Below, piece by piece: positions 1-8,168 of a DNA stretch of 57,177 nt (within the stretch, counting starts at the first letter, position 1; every line of letters begins with the position of its first letter). The notes under the pieces are model-generated. The model saw nothing but the letters and a program-made list of their open reading frames with translations. It ran no database searches and was not told where the DNA came from. The position numbers and the translations under genes were made by a program. Origin of the DNA: a virus (taxonomy: Duplodnaviria > Caudoviricetes); IMG/VR virus record IMGVR_UViG_3300020442_001429, positions 1 through 57,177 of that record; one strand, 5' to 3'.

Positions 1-1
1 C

Positions 2-466
2 TATTACTACGATACTAGAAAAGAAATAGCATCACAAGGTTACGAAGGAAGTTATACAGGTAACTATACAGGTGGGTACACAGGAGCTAAAAACTACGCA
101 GGAAGTTACGCAGGAGATTATTCAGGAGACTACACAGGTAACTATACAGGAACATCTGCTTACGCAGGCACATACCAAGGAGATTATACGGGTTCTTATA
201 CACCGTTCTTTGCTGGGTATCAAGGTCCTACTTCTTATTCAGGTACATATACAGGATACTATACAGGTTATTACACAGGCGCTAAAAACTACGCAGGTAC
301 ATATTCGGGAACTTACTCAGGTTCATATACTGGATACTATGCGGGCACATCAGCATATTCAGGAACCTATGCAGGTACATATACTGGTTATTATTCTGGA
401 GACACTATACAATCTTCAAGTGAAAATGTGTCTAACGTAGCACTGTGGGTAAAGACTGCAAACTAA
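2..466 (+). CDS. 3' end of a Tyr/Gly/Thr/Ser-rich Y-x-G-x repeat protein, probably a virion or fibre protein; 5'-truncated by the window
   Basis: Frame 2 is open from the window start to TAA 464-466: YYYDTRKEIASQGYEGSYTGNYTGGYTGAKNYAGSYAGDYSGDYTGNYTG...NVALWVKTAN*. Not in the ORF track; 72..440 is its shadow. Confidence 0.85.
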   Translation, partial: YYYDTRKEIASQGYEGSYTGNYTGGYTGAKNYAGSYAGDYSGDYTGNYTGTSAYAGTYQGDYTGSYTPFFAGYQGPTSYSGTYTGYYTGYYTGAKNYAGTYSGTYSGSYTGYYAGTSAYSGTYAGTYTGYYSGDTIQSSSENVSNVALWVKTAN

Positions 467-474
467 TATAAATA
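467..474 (+). promoter_or_regulatory. T4-type late promoter (gp55-dependent)
   Basis: TATAAATA in the intergenic gap before ORF 506; gp55 is encoded in the window. Confidence 0.7.
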
Positions 475-505
475 ACTTTACATTATTGTTCATTATGGAG
501 ATATT

Positions 506-1024
506 ATGGCAAAGGCGAAAAAGAAGATTGATCTATCAGGCATAGAAATCACTCCCGCACCAAAAGAAAAAGAAGAACCGAAATACATCTTTAAAGATCC
601 CTATTGGTCTAACAAAAAGGCCAAACATATTATAGCGGTAGTAGAATATCCTAACGGTAAAATAGCAACAGCGTCCATTCAGGACTCAGACGGCAAAAAT
701 CCAGACTATAAAAGAATCATTGAAGAGTTCGGTGAAGAACAAATTGATGCTAATACAGAAGAAGGTTTAAAAAGACGTGAAGAAAATATAAAGAAACGTC
801 TAGCTAGAAAAGAAACTGAGGAGATTAGGCGTAAACAAGAAATGCTATTTAATACAAAATTAGAAGCATTTGAAATAGCCGCTGTTAAGGAATCTAAAAA
901 TACAGACTTAAAAAGACTTATACGAAAAGCCAAAACTCCTTTAGAGGTAGGTGCATTAACATCTATACTAATACAAGAAGATTTAATTCAACGAGGAGTA
1001 ATCAGTGGAAAAGAAGATACCTGA
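506..1024 (+). CDS. hypothetical phage protein
   Basis: 172-aa ORF with GGAG RBS and a charged helical C-terminus. Confidence 0.75.
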   Translation: MAKAKKKIDLSGIEITPAPKEKEEPKYIFKDPYWSNKKAKHIIAVVEYPNGKIATASIQDSDGKNPDYKRIIEEFGEEQIDANTEEGLKRREENIKKRLARKETEEIRRKQEMLFNTKLEAFEIAAVKESKNTDLKRLIRKAKTPLEVGALTSILIQEDLIQRGVISGKEDT

Positions 1025-1742
1025 TAACGGGTTTTTAATTGTAGCGTCCAAACACGAACGCTTTTATCAAGCAGCCATAGAATTATGTGACTCTATAAAA
1101 CTATTTTGGCCTGAGGCACATATCACTTTATTTACATCACATGAAGAATGGATTAAACCTACAGATTGGAATGTAGCAGATAGTATTGTTTGGTGGGAAG
1201 TACCTAACCATATACGAGCTAAATTGTGGGCTCTATCACAAACACCATACAAAGGCATAACTTGTTACTTAGATGCTGATATGGATTGTCAGCATGAAGA
1301 TGTAAAAGATGTATTTGACCAGCTACCAGATGATTTAGATTTAATATTTACACCCACAAGAGAATACAACGCAAAATTAGTACAACTTTCAAATACAGAA
1401 AGAATGACAATGCACTGCGGTATGTTTTTATATAGAAACAAACCCAATGTCTTAAAATTAATGGATAGTTGGTATGGGGAGTTTTTAAAACAACAATTAA
1501 AAGATGAAGAAGGTTATAGCTATGTACATGACATAGGAGATTATCCTGAGGAAGCTAGAAAGTGGGATACCTTTACTATGTGGAAACTTTTAACCTATAG
1601 CGACCATGGAGTCAAATGGGATGAAAACTTAAAAATGAGATGGAATATGATTAACGGTCATTTGCCAGAGGAATTAGAAGGAGAAGAAATAGTTTTTTGG
1701 CATTATTCAATCCCTAGACATGAGATTTATAAAGACAGATAA
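1005..1742 (+). CDS. GT-A glycosyltransferase (GT8-like)
   Basis: AKLWALSQTPY..YLDAD (DxD), then GMFLY and a C-terminal HY; typical GT8/nucleotide-diphospho-sugar transferase layout. Confidence 0.75.
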   Translation: MEKKIPDNGFLIVASKHERFYQAAIELCDSIKLFWPEAHITLFTSHEEWIKPTDWNVADSIVWWEVPNHIRAKLWALSQTPYKGITCYLDADMDCQHEDVKDVFDQLPDDLDLIFTPTREYNAKLVQLSNTERMTMHCGMFLYRNKPNVLKLMDSWYGEFLKQQLKDEEGYSYVHDIGDYPEEARKWDTFTMWKLLTYSDHGVKWDENLKMRWNMINGHLPEELEGEEIVFWHYSIPRHEIYKDR

Positions 1743-2377
1743 TGAGATTTACTAAAATAGGATCAGAACTTTCAGCAATAATTACACCCTTTTCAGATTG
1801 GTTTTTTCAACAGGACTTAACAGAACTAAATGAACTAGCTAAAGCAAATGAAAAGAATACAGGTGAGAGTATTGATTATTGTTGTGGTGAAGATTATTTA
1901 GATATAATTGTAAAGAAAGACGGACAGCACATAGGTTATCCTGAGATATCTTATTCATACGATATGAATATGGATAGAACTCCAGCGCATTTTAGAAAAC
2001 CATTGTGGGATATGAATACAGAATTGTGTGCATATTTGGGTGCTAGAAACACAGCAGTTTCCGTGTACTATCCGGAAGGTGGATTCATGGGTTGGCACAA
2101 CAATTGGAATGCCCATGGTTATAATATATTATTATCTTACACAAAGAACGGAGGAGGGTATTTTAAGTTTAGAGACCCTGAATCCAGAATAGTCAATACA
2201 ATGTACGATCCTGAGGGTTGGTCCTCAAAAGTAGGGTATTATGGCAGAGGAAGAGAGCCAGATAAAGTATATTACCACTGCGCCGGCACAACGGAACCAC
2301 GTATTACACTAGGATTCGTAGTTCCAGACGAGGATATGTGGTTAATGATGATAGAAGATATTGAATCAGATGCCTAA
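1742..2377 (+). CDS. putative 2OG-Fe(II) oxygenase / cupin-fold protein
   Basis: YYPEGGFMGWHNN...YHC...RITLGF resembles the Hx(D/N)...H...R DSBH pattern. Confidence 0.55.
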   Translation: MRFTKIGSELSAIITPFSDWFFQQDLTELNELAKANEKNTGESIDYCCGEDYLDIIVKKDGQHIGYPEISYSYDMNMDRTPAHFRKPLWDMNTELCAYLGARNTAVSVYYPEGGFMGWHNNWNAHGYNILLSYTKNGGGYFKFRDPESRIVNTMYDPEGWSSKVGYYGRGREPDKVYYHCAGTTEPRITLGFVVPDEDMWLMMIEDIESDA

Positions 2378-2482
2378 GTTATTGTTTTTACAGTAAAAAA
2401 GACTTCAAAAGATTAGCGAAAAAAGGTTGACTTTAGGTTCCGTAGATGCTATCATATACAGTATAAAGTAAAAAAGTGAGGT
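2375..2482 (+). promoter_or_regulatory. strong sigma70-type early promoter, repeat copy 1
   Basis: TTGACT (2427-2432), 17 bp spacer, extended -10 TGcTATCAT (2447-2455); RBS AAGTGAGG; near-identical copies at 46780-46885 and 49225-49295. Confidence 0.85.
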
Positions 2483-2487
2483 AATAA

Positions 2488-2919
2488 ATGTACTTAGATA
2501 ACGAAGTAAAAATAGCAGGCGAAACAGTAACAAAGCAACGTTACGGAATGGCTAGCGTTCATGATGAGAACAAAACTTTTACAGGTGACGTTCTTTTTAC
2601 AGATCAACTTAGAGCAGATCCTAATGGTAATATTTGGGATAAGAGTATTGAAATGAAGTTTCAAGACACAGCTCAAGTAGATGGTCTTACAGTATGGAAA
2701 TCAAACGGTGAGGTTCCATTCGCAGACATGCTATTAGACTTTGTACAAATTGGTGCAATTACATTTGAACAAGCAGAGTTCTCACTAATACAAAAGGCAA
2801 AAGACGACAAAGCAAGTCTTAGTAATTTAGTGAGAGATCCTGAAACAGGAAATATTTACTTAGGCGAAGGTGCCCTAAGTTACAGAGACGAAAGATTAGC
2901 AAAAATTGAGGCTGCGTAA
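2488..2919 (+). CDS. hypothetical early protein
   Basis: 143-aa ORF directly behind the early promoter and RBS. Confidence 0.8.
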   Translation: MYLDNEVKIAGETVTKQRYGMASVHDENKTFTGDVLFTDQLRADPNGNIWDKSIEMKFQDTAQVDGLTVWKSNGEVPFADMLLDFVQIGAITFEQAEFSLIQKAKDDKASLSNLVRDPETGNIYLGEGALSYRDERLAKIEAA

Positions 2920-3356
2920 TGATGGATGTAATTTTTGACGTAGACGGAACATTAATGGATATTGAACACAGAAGGCATTTTGTTGTTCAACGTCCAAAAG
3001 ACTTTGACGCTTTTAGAGAGGCAACTAGCCAGGACACTGCTAAGGAAGATATCTTCGCCGTTGCCAAAGCTCTAAAAGCAGCAGGGCACAGAATAATTAT
3101 TTCTTCAGGTAGAAATAAATCTCAACGTGCTGTAACTTTGAAACAGTTAATGGGTGCTGGTTTAGTATTTGACGCATTATACATGAGGTCAGATAAAGAC
3201 TTTAGGCCCGATGACGAAGTTAAATCTCAGATGTTAGACAAAATGATTAAAGATGGATTTAATCCTACTATGGCATTTGATGATAGACAAAGAGTCGTTG
3301 ATATGTGGAGAGACAGAGGTTTAACAGTTGCACAGGTGGCACCAGGTGACTTCTAA
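2919..3356 (+). CDS. HAD-family phosphatase (stand-alone PseT 3'-phosphatase-like domain)
   Basis: DVDGT motif I, SGR motif II, MR...DxRPD..VK, FDDR motif IV. Confidence 0.85.
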   Translation: MMDVIFDVDGTLMDIEHRRHFVVQRPKDFDAFREATSQDTAKEDIFAVAKALKAAGHRIIISSGRNKSQRAVTLKQLMGAGLVFDALYMRSDKDFRPDDEVKSQMLDKMIKDGFNPTMAFDDRQRVVDMWRDRGLTVAQVAPGDF

Positions 3357-4254
3357 CGTTAAAGCACATATCATATCTTATTTCGGTAGTAGAGACTATC
3401 CGGAAGCTAGAAAGGTGAGAGTAGATAACCACCGTAAACAGGTGGAGTTTTGGAAAGAATATTATCCTGATATGCAAATAAAAATACTTGCACAGGATTA
3501 TGATGATGAAGACTATATTGATGGGTGTTCTTACATAACACATCACGGTGGTCTACTCACACCCGGTAAAGCAAGAAATGTCCTATTACAGGACTTTTAT
3601 AATGATGAAACTTATGAATGGGCATTGATGATGGACAACGATGCAGTTCTTAAAATTCATCCAGAGTTTCCTAATATTACAGGTATGAATATTTGTGAGA
3701 CTCTTACAAATTATCCCGAAAACTTTGATGGTATAGATTTGTTTATGCCCCATTGGGACGGACGTCCTGGTGATGGAGCATTTAAGGACAAGTATAATAA
3801 TATTGATCCTAAATATCAGAACATAGATTGGAATAATGAAATGTGTTTTGATAGAAAGTTTGCTAGCTGTAAAGGAACAATTTTCTTCCTTAGGCGACTA
3901 GACAAAAAGATATATTTTAACGAAGAGTTTATGTATATCGACGGACAATTATTAGTAGGTGAAGATGACTTCTTTGCATTAGAAGTAGCAATGAACGGCT
4001 ACAAAACATATATGCTAAGGAATATTATTCTAAAAGAATTCACCTCACCAAGTACACACGCAGGAGCACAAAATACACGAAAAGCAGAAATGTTAAAAGG
4101 TGATGATGTGTTTCGTAAAGCGTATAATTTCCCTGAGGGCAGAGCTAAGTGGTATGCAAGTGCTGGTAAACAGCATGGCATCTACATGGATTCTAGAATA
4201 GTTAGGCCTTATAATAACAAATATGAACCAGCAAGTTTGGAGGACTTATTCTAA
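3346..4254 (+). CDS. GT-A glycosyltransferase, GT2 or TAGT/GREB1-like (track start 3328)
   Basis: GKARN..L, MMDND (DxD), GEDDFFALEV (ED catalytic motif). Confidence 0.6.
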   Translation: MTSNVKAHIISYFGSRDYPEARKVRVDNHRKQVEFWKEYYPDMQIKILAQDYDDEDYIDGCSYITHHGGLLTPGKARNVLLQDFYNDETYEWALMMDNDAVLKIHPEFPNITGMNICETLTNYPENFDGIDLFMPHWDGRPGDGAFKDKYNNIDPKYQNIDWNNEMCFDRKFASCKGTIFFLRRLDKKIYFNEEFMYIDGQLLVGEDDFFALEVAMNGYKTYMLRNIILKEFTSPSTHAGAQNTRKAEMLKGDDVFRKAYNFPEGRAKWYASAGKQHGIYMDSRIVRPYNNKYEPASLEDLF

Positions 4255-4931
4255 TGCCAAAAACATCTGACCAACGGATACCTAAAAAATATTTAAAAAA
4301 GGCAGGAGCTTACAAAAGAACTAAAAGTGTAAGACGTATAAACAAACATGGACTGCCGGTATTTAATACTACAAATGATGCCTCATCACATCCTGACAGG
4401 CCACAAAAATGTATGACCCCTGGTTGTGATAATAAACCAGATATAAGTGGGGGCAATAAAACAGGATTTGTTTGGAGATTTTGGTGTCAATCTTGTACAA
4501 AGGAAGAAAGAGCTAAGGAACAAGGGTTTGAAACCATGTTAGAGTATGAAGATCATATTGCTAAAAGAAATGGTTGGATAGATAACGCTGATGCTAGTAG
4601 AACAGGATATTTAAGACATAGAAAAGATTATTGTGAGAATAGAGATGGTAGCGTAATAGGTATTCCATGTCCATTAGGTGATAATCCAATTATAAATCCT
4701 GTTAATAATAGGGACGTCTTTATAGATAAGGATAATAAACGTGGTTACTATCATGGTTTAGTAGTACACGAATCTTGGAACGGACTATTACACGTCGACC
4801 ATAAGGACGGAGACCCTAGTAATAATGATCCAGAGAATTTACAAACATTATGCGTTTGCTGTCATGTAATTAAGACAGCACAAGAAGGAGACAACCACAC
4901 AGCTGGTAGAAAAGAATTAGGCATCGCCTAA
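4254..4931 (+). CDS. HNH endonuclease with Cys-rich N-terminal region
   Basis: LHVDHKDGDPSNNDPENLQTLCVCCH; extra CxxxxC and CxxC motifs. Confidence 0.85.
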   Translation: MPKTSDQRIPKKYLKKAGAYKRTKSVRRINKHGLPVFNTTNDASSHPDRPQKCMTPGCDNKPDISGGNKTGFVWRFWCQSCTKEERAKEQGFETMLEYEDHIAKRNGWIDNADASRTGYLRHRKDYCENRDGSVIGIPCPLGDNPIINPVNNRDVFIDKDNKRGYYHGLVVHESWNGLLHVDHKDGDPSNNDPENLQTLCVCCHVIKTAQEGDNHTAGRKELGIA

Positions 4932-4935
4932 TATT

Positions 4936-4984
4936 AAGGCCCTGGGCACCTCACTTACTTTACTTCAATAAGACCCAGGGCCTT
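4936..4984. terminator. GC-rich inverted repeat between convergent genes, probable bidirectional terminator
   Basis: AAGGCCCTGGG (4936-4946) pairs with CCCAGGGCCTT (4974-4984); 27-nt loop. Confidence 0.6.
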
Positions 4985-4990
4985 TCTTAC

Positions 4991-5143
4991 CTATGAAGTC
5001 CAGTGAACTCCTCGATAAGTGCCTTGTTTCATTTTAGTTGGGGAAACAGGAATGGCGTCGTGTTTAACGCCTCTGTAAATGCCTGGCAAAGACTGTGCTT
5101 TCTCTTTGGCCAGGGCTTTGTAAAATGTACCTCTATAATACAT
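4991..5143 (-). CDS. small YRG-repeat peptide (DUF4278-like), 50 aa
   Basis: MYYRGTFYK...IYRGVKH...TYRGVHWTS; AAGGAGG RBS before ATG 5143. The track start at 5221 lies inside the riboswitch. Confidence 0.8.
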   Translation of the reverse strand: MYYRGTFYKALAKEKAQSLPGIYRGVKHDAIPVSPTKMKQGTYRGVHWTS

Positions 5144-5164
5144 AATACGCCTCCTTGGTTGAAA

Positions 5165-5227
5165 GCGCGTTCCTTCGACATCATCGTCTACTTCCGTGTG
5201 TAAGTAAATGAACTTACACATGAACGT
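5165..5227 (-). ncRNA. glutamine riboswitch (glnA RNA motif, glutamine-I class)
   Basis: Minus strand ACGUUCA-UGUGUAAGU(UCAUUU)ACUUACACA-CGGAAGUAGACG(AUGA)UGUCGAAGGAACGCG: P1 CGUUC/GAACG, 9-bp P2, E-loop GGAAGUA/GAAG, P3. Confidence 0.85.
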
Positions 5228-5232
5228 AAAAA

Positions 5233-5240
5233 TATTTATA
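5233..5240 (-). promoter_or_regulatory. T4-type late promoter driving the riboswitch and peptide
   Basis: TATAAATA on the minus strand, 5 nt upstream of the riboswitch. Confidence 0.7.
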
Positions 5241-5241
5241 C

Positions 5242-5472
5242 TTAATCGTACTTAGAAAATTGCAAACGGACTAATGCCTTTCTAATTATTGCTATGACTG
5301 TTAAGAGTGAAAAATTAGCAAAAGCAGCAACTTCTGATGTCGTTTCGAAGTAATCTATGCACGTTTTGATTATAATCACACTCAAGGGGAACATTATTAT
5401 AGCACCTATAAAAGTGTCTACACTAGCTTCGTGTAATGCCCTCTTTACTTTATTATTTTTATTTTTTGCCAA
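5242..5472 (-). CDS. small two-TM membrane protein (start uncertain: 5472, 5490 or 5571)
   Basis: KRALHEASVDTFIGAIIMFPLSVII...FSLLTVIAIIRKALVRLQF; two hydrophobic segments. Confidence 0.65.
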   Translation of the reverse strand: MAKNKNNKVKRALHEASVDTFIGAIIMFPLSVIIIKTCIDYFETTSEVAAFANFSLLTVIAIIRKALVRLQFSKYD

Positions 5473-6127
5473 TCGCCATAAACCTGTCATAATAAACTTT
5501 TCCATTCCAATCATAATAGAACTGTTTAATTTTACCGCTATAATCAATGTCTTTAAGTCCTGCATTTTCAATTAGTGCTTTCTCACTATCAACGCAATTA
5601 ATACCATACATCTCTTCTATTACATTAGAGTTTTGCACAGCAAATATAGCGTGTTTATTGGCAGTTCTTAAATCATGTAACGGGTACATTTGCTCAGAGC
5701 CCATTGTTATAACTACATCTACTTTCAATTGATTTAATTCATCAAAGGCAAATGGTATATCTAAGTTCCAATGATTAACTTTTATATACTCTTCAGCAAT
5801 ATAATGTTTATTAAAAACTTTAGAAAGTTCTAATGCTTCGTTGTCTATATCTACCAAATGTAATTCTCCTATATCTAAATTTTCACATAGTAAAGGAACA
5901 AGTGGTACACCTAACCAACTATTTAATACTAGAACCTTAAATTGTTCTTCTTTCATATAGCCATCTAAACTATTTTTTAGTTCTTCGACTAGCCATATAG
6001 CCGCTTCCATTGTATTAGGATTTAGAGCCTGTCTAAAGTCGTCGTGTTTATGTTTCATTTCATGTTCAACTTTAGCAAGGCCGTCGCCCCAATGTTGTAG
6101 GTTATTTAAAAAATTAAAATTTAACAT
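5459..6127 (-). CDS. class I SAM-dependent methyltransferase-like protein with a degenerate motif I
   Basis: VLVLNSWLG (motif I-like), LHLVDID (motif II), DVVIT (motif IV); track start 6163. Confidence 0.55.
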   Translation of the reverse strand: MLNFNFLNNLQHWGDGLAKVEHEMKHKHDDFRQALNPNTMEAAIWLVEELKNSLDGYMKEEQFKVLVLNSWLGVPLVPLLCENLDIGELHLVDIDNEALELSKVFNKHYIAEEYIKVNHWNLDIPFAFDELNQLKVDVVITMGSEQMYPLHDLRTANKHAIFAVQNSNVIEEMYGINCVDSEKALIENAGLKDIDYSGKIKQFYYDWNGKVYYDRFMAIGKK

Positions 6128-6788
6128 CTTCTTTTCTTCCCATTGAATCAAATAAACAAACATAAGGTATTTGTCTATAAACTTGTAATTCTACATCATG
6201 AGGATAAACATACCCATGATTATAACTATAAAACCAACCTAAAGGAAAGTATTTTATTCTTGCTACACCCTTGTGCATAAAGAAATTATCTATCCCACGG
6301 TAGTACCATAGTATTTTTTCTAAATGTGTTTTAAAATATAGAGTGATATTTTCCTTATCCAAATTATCATTCCATCTTAAAATACTGCTATTTAAATCTG
6401 TGTATTTGTGAGGCACATGACTAGTTTCTTTTTTCATTTTATCTAAATCGTGCCAATGTGTCTGACCAAAACATAAACAGTCTTCAGGATCAAAGTTTGC
6501 TATGTCATCTATATTCTTTTGTATAATAACATCTAAGTCAAAGAATAAATTTTCACCTTTTTGTCTTACAACATTATCATCAAACAGATACATTTTATTC
6601 CACCACTTTTTTAATCTGTTTCCTTTTGGTAGTGGTATGACGGTAATATCTCTATCAATTCCTTTTGGGTTTTCAGTTAGGCAATAGAACTTAAAGTCCA
6701 TAGATAAATTTTCTTTGCACGCTTCGTAGATTTTGTCTACGTGCTGTGCAGAATATTTACTGCCCCATTTTACTGTATAGATATTCAC
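6114..6788 (-). CDS. GT-A glycosyltransferase, KWG-x-KY family
   Basis: VKWGSKYS, FYCLTE, WWNKMYLF, FFDLDV (DxD), NSSILRW, YSY; GTG start at 6788. Confidence 0.75.
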   Translation of the reverse strand: MNIYTVKWGSKYSAQHVDKIYEACKENLSMDFKFYCLTENPKGIDRDITVIPLPKGNRLKKWWNKMYLFDDNVVRQKGENLFFDLDVIIQKNIDDIANFDPEDCLCFGQTHWHDLDKMKKETSHVPHKYTDLNSSILRWNDNLDKENITLYFKTHLEKILWYYRGIDNFFMHKGVARIKYFPLGWFYSYNHGYVYPHDVELQVYRQIPYVCLFDSMGRKEDVKF

Positions 6789-6946
6789 CAGTGTCTTAAT
6801 ACTCCTGATATAATAAAGAAACAAGTAAAGAAGTTTACAAGAACAATTACTGTTCTAAAACCTGCTACTATATCTGCCTCTTTAGAATCATCGCTTGCCT
6901 TTTCTCCTAAAGATTTTGCCCATAATTTCCAATAATAATAAATCAT
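6785..6946 (-). CDS. small membrane protein, 53 aa (not in ORF track)
   Basis: MIYYYWKLWAKSLGEKASDDSKEADIVAGFRTVIVLVNFFTCFFIISGVLRHW*; overlaps both neighbours by 4 nt. Confidence 0.75.
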   Translation of the reverse strand: MIYYYWKLWAKSLGEKASDDSKEADIVAGFRTVIVLVNFFTCFFIISGVLRHW

Positions 6947-7131
6947 TCAACTTTGCTCCATGCTCTCTCGTGTAAATAATAAACAATCATTTTAATAAAA
7001 AATTCAACACCACCTATTGCCAATGCTGCACTCACGTCTCCTATAATTAACCAAGCAACCATTATAGTGGTTAAGGTTGCTATAAGTCTCCAGGATAATG
7101 TTTTTAAAAAACTCTTTTGATAACTCTCCAA
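6943..7131 (-). CDS. DUF2061-like small membrane protein
   Basis: ESYQKSFLKTLSWRLIAT...YYLHERAW signature. Confidence 0.8.
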   Translation of the reverse strand: MESYQKSFLKTLSWRLIATLTTIMVAWLIIGDVSAALAIGGVEFFIKMIVYYLHERAWSKVE

Positions 7132-7950
7132 TTATTCCCCTGTCCAATGTTTAAGTAGCTGAGGGTCAACTAATTTATCCTGTTTAGTTTTACCTCTTGT
7201 AGCATCCTCAAACGGTAATAAATCTATATTGAATACGCATAATATACAATTAGGTCTATAGATTTCTGTTGTTAAATCGTCATCGTCCCAGCTACGTCCT
7301 CGATTATATGAGTAAGCATAATCTGCTGGGAAATGATCCCATAATTTTTTACCAAAGTCACCCCATCTCCAGGAGTGATAATTATCTGTTCCGTCTGTAT
7401 ATGTAAACCAAATCTTTTCTTTATGTTCTAATACATCTTCCCATATACATTCTGCTTGATCGTCGGACCATACTTGGCAACTACCATTTGTATATGCTCC
7501 GTGTGCTAATTTAAATCTTCTTGACTTCATAGGACGTGGGTCCTGCCACCAACTTCTTAATTTAGTTGGCCTTTCCATATTGTATGTAAGTAATGGCTCT
7601 ATATCGTCCTGTATAATTACGTCCAAATCAAAGAAGATAAAGCGTCCCGTCGGCTTATCTGCTGCGAAATTGTGAGTATTAAAGACAAATGTTTTAGGCC
7701 TGTCCCAGCATCTAGCCATGCCATACTTAAAGTCATCAGAGCCGAACCAATACTTAGGATGTATGGTATCAATATCGGGAAATGGTATAACTTTAATATT
7801 TGGATCCAAGCCCTCGGCATCATCAGTATAGCAATAAAAATGGAAGTCATGTTTAGGATCAGTATGCCTTCGAGACATATCGTGAAGACGGTTGACAAAG
7901 TGCGGACCATATCTATCTCCCCATTTACTACAAACTACATTTACTCTCAT
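7132..7950 (-). CDS. GT-A glycosyltransferase, KWG-x-KY family
   Basis: CSKWGDRYG, FYCYTDD, FFDLDV, NGSCQVW, GTDNY, YSYNRG; close paralog of 9618..10391. Confidence 0.75.
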   Translation of the reverse strand: MRVNVVCSKWGDRYGPHFVNRLHDMSRRHTDPKHDFHFYCYTDDAEGLDPNIKVIPFPDIDTIHPKYWFGSDDFKYGMARCWDRPKTFVFNTHNFAADKPTGRFIFFDLDVIIQDDIEPLLTYNMERPTKLRSWWQDPRPMKSRRFKLAHGAYTNGSCQVWSDDQAECIWEDVLEHKEKIWFTYTDGTDNYHSWRWGDFGKKLWDHFPADYAYSYNRGRSWDDDDLTTEIYRPNCILCVFNIDLLPFEDATRGKTKQDKLVDPQLLKHWTGE

Positions 7951-8168
7951 CCAGCCTTCCTCGCAATGACATAGTCTGTTCCATATTGTTTACCAATATC
8001 AGCCAGCTGTTCTGTTATACGCATACATTTATAATCAAAGTCTGTTAGATCAGATCTAATAATAAGTGTTGCAAATTTGTTACTATTTTTCATCCATGTA
8101 GTATATTCATCTGAGTCGTTGAACTCACCTTCAATAATTAAAGTTTTTTCCGATTTAAGTGTTAGCAT
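7947..8168 (-). CDS. hypothetical protein
   Basis: 73-aa ORF overlapping both neighbours in the operon. Confidence 0.6.
   Translation of the reverse strand: MLTLKSEKTLIIEGEFNDSDEYTTWMKNSNKFATLIIRSDLTDFDYKCMRITEQLADIGKQYGTDYVIARKAG

Noticed and set aside
40-400. 12-nt periodic repeats as a CRISPR array or DGR template
   Set aside because: The periodicity is codon-level with synonymous variation; there are no spacers and no cas or reverse transcriptase gene in the window.
72-440. Track ORF with TQ/IQ repeats
   Set aside because: Shadow frame of the Y-x-G-x repeat gene in frame 2 (2..466).
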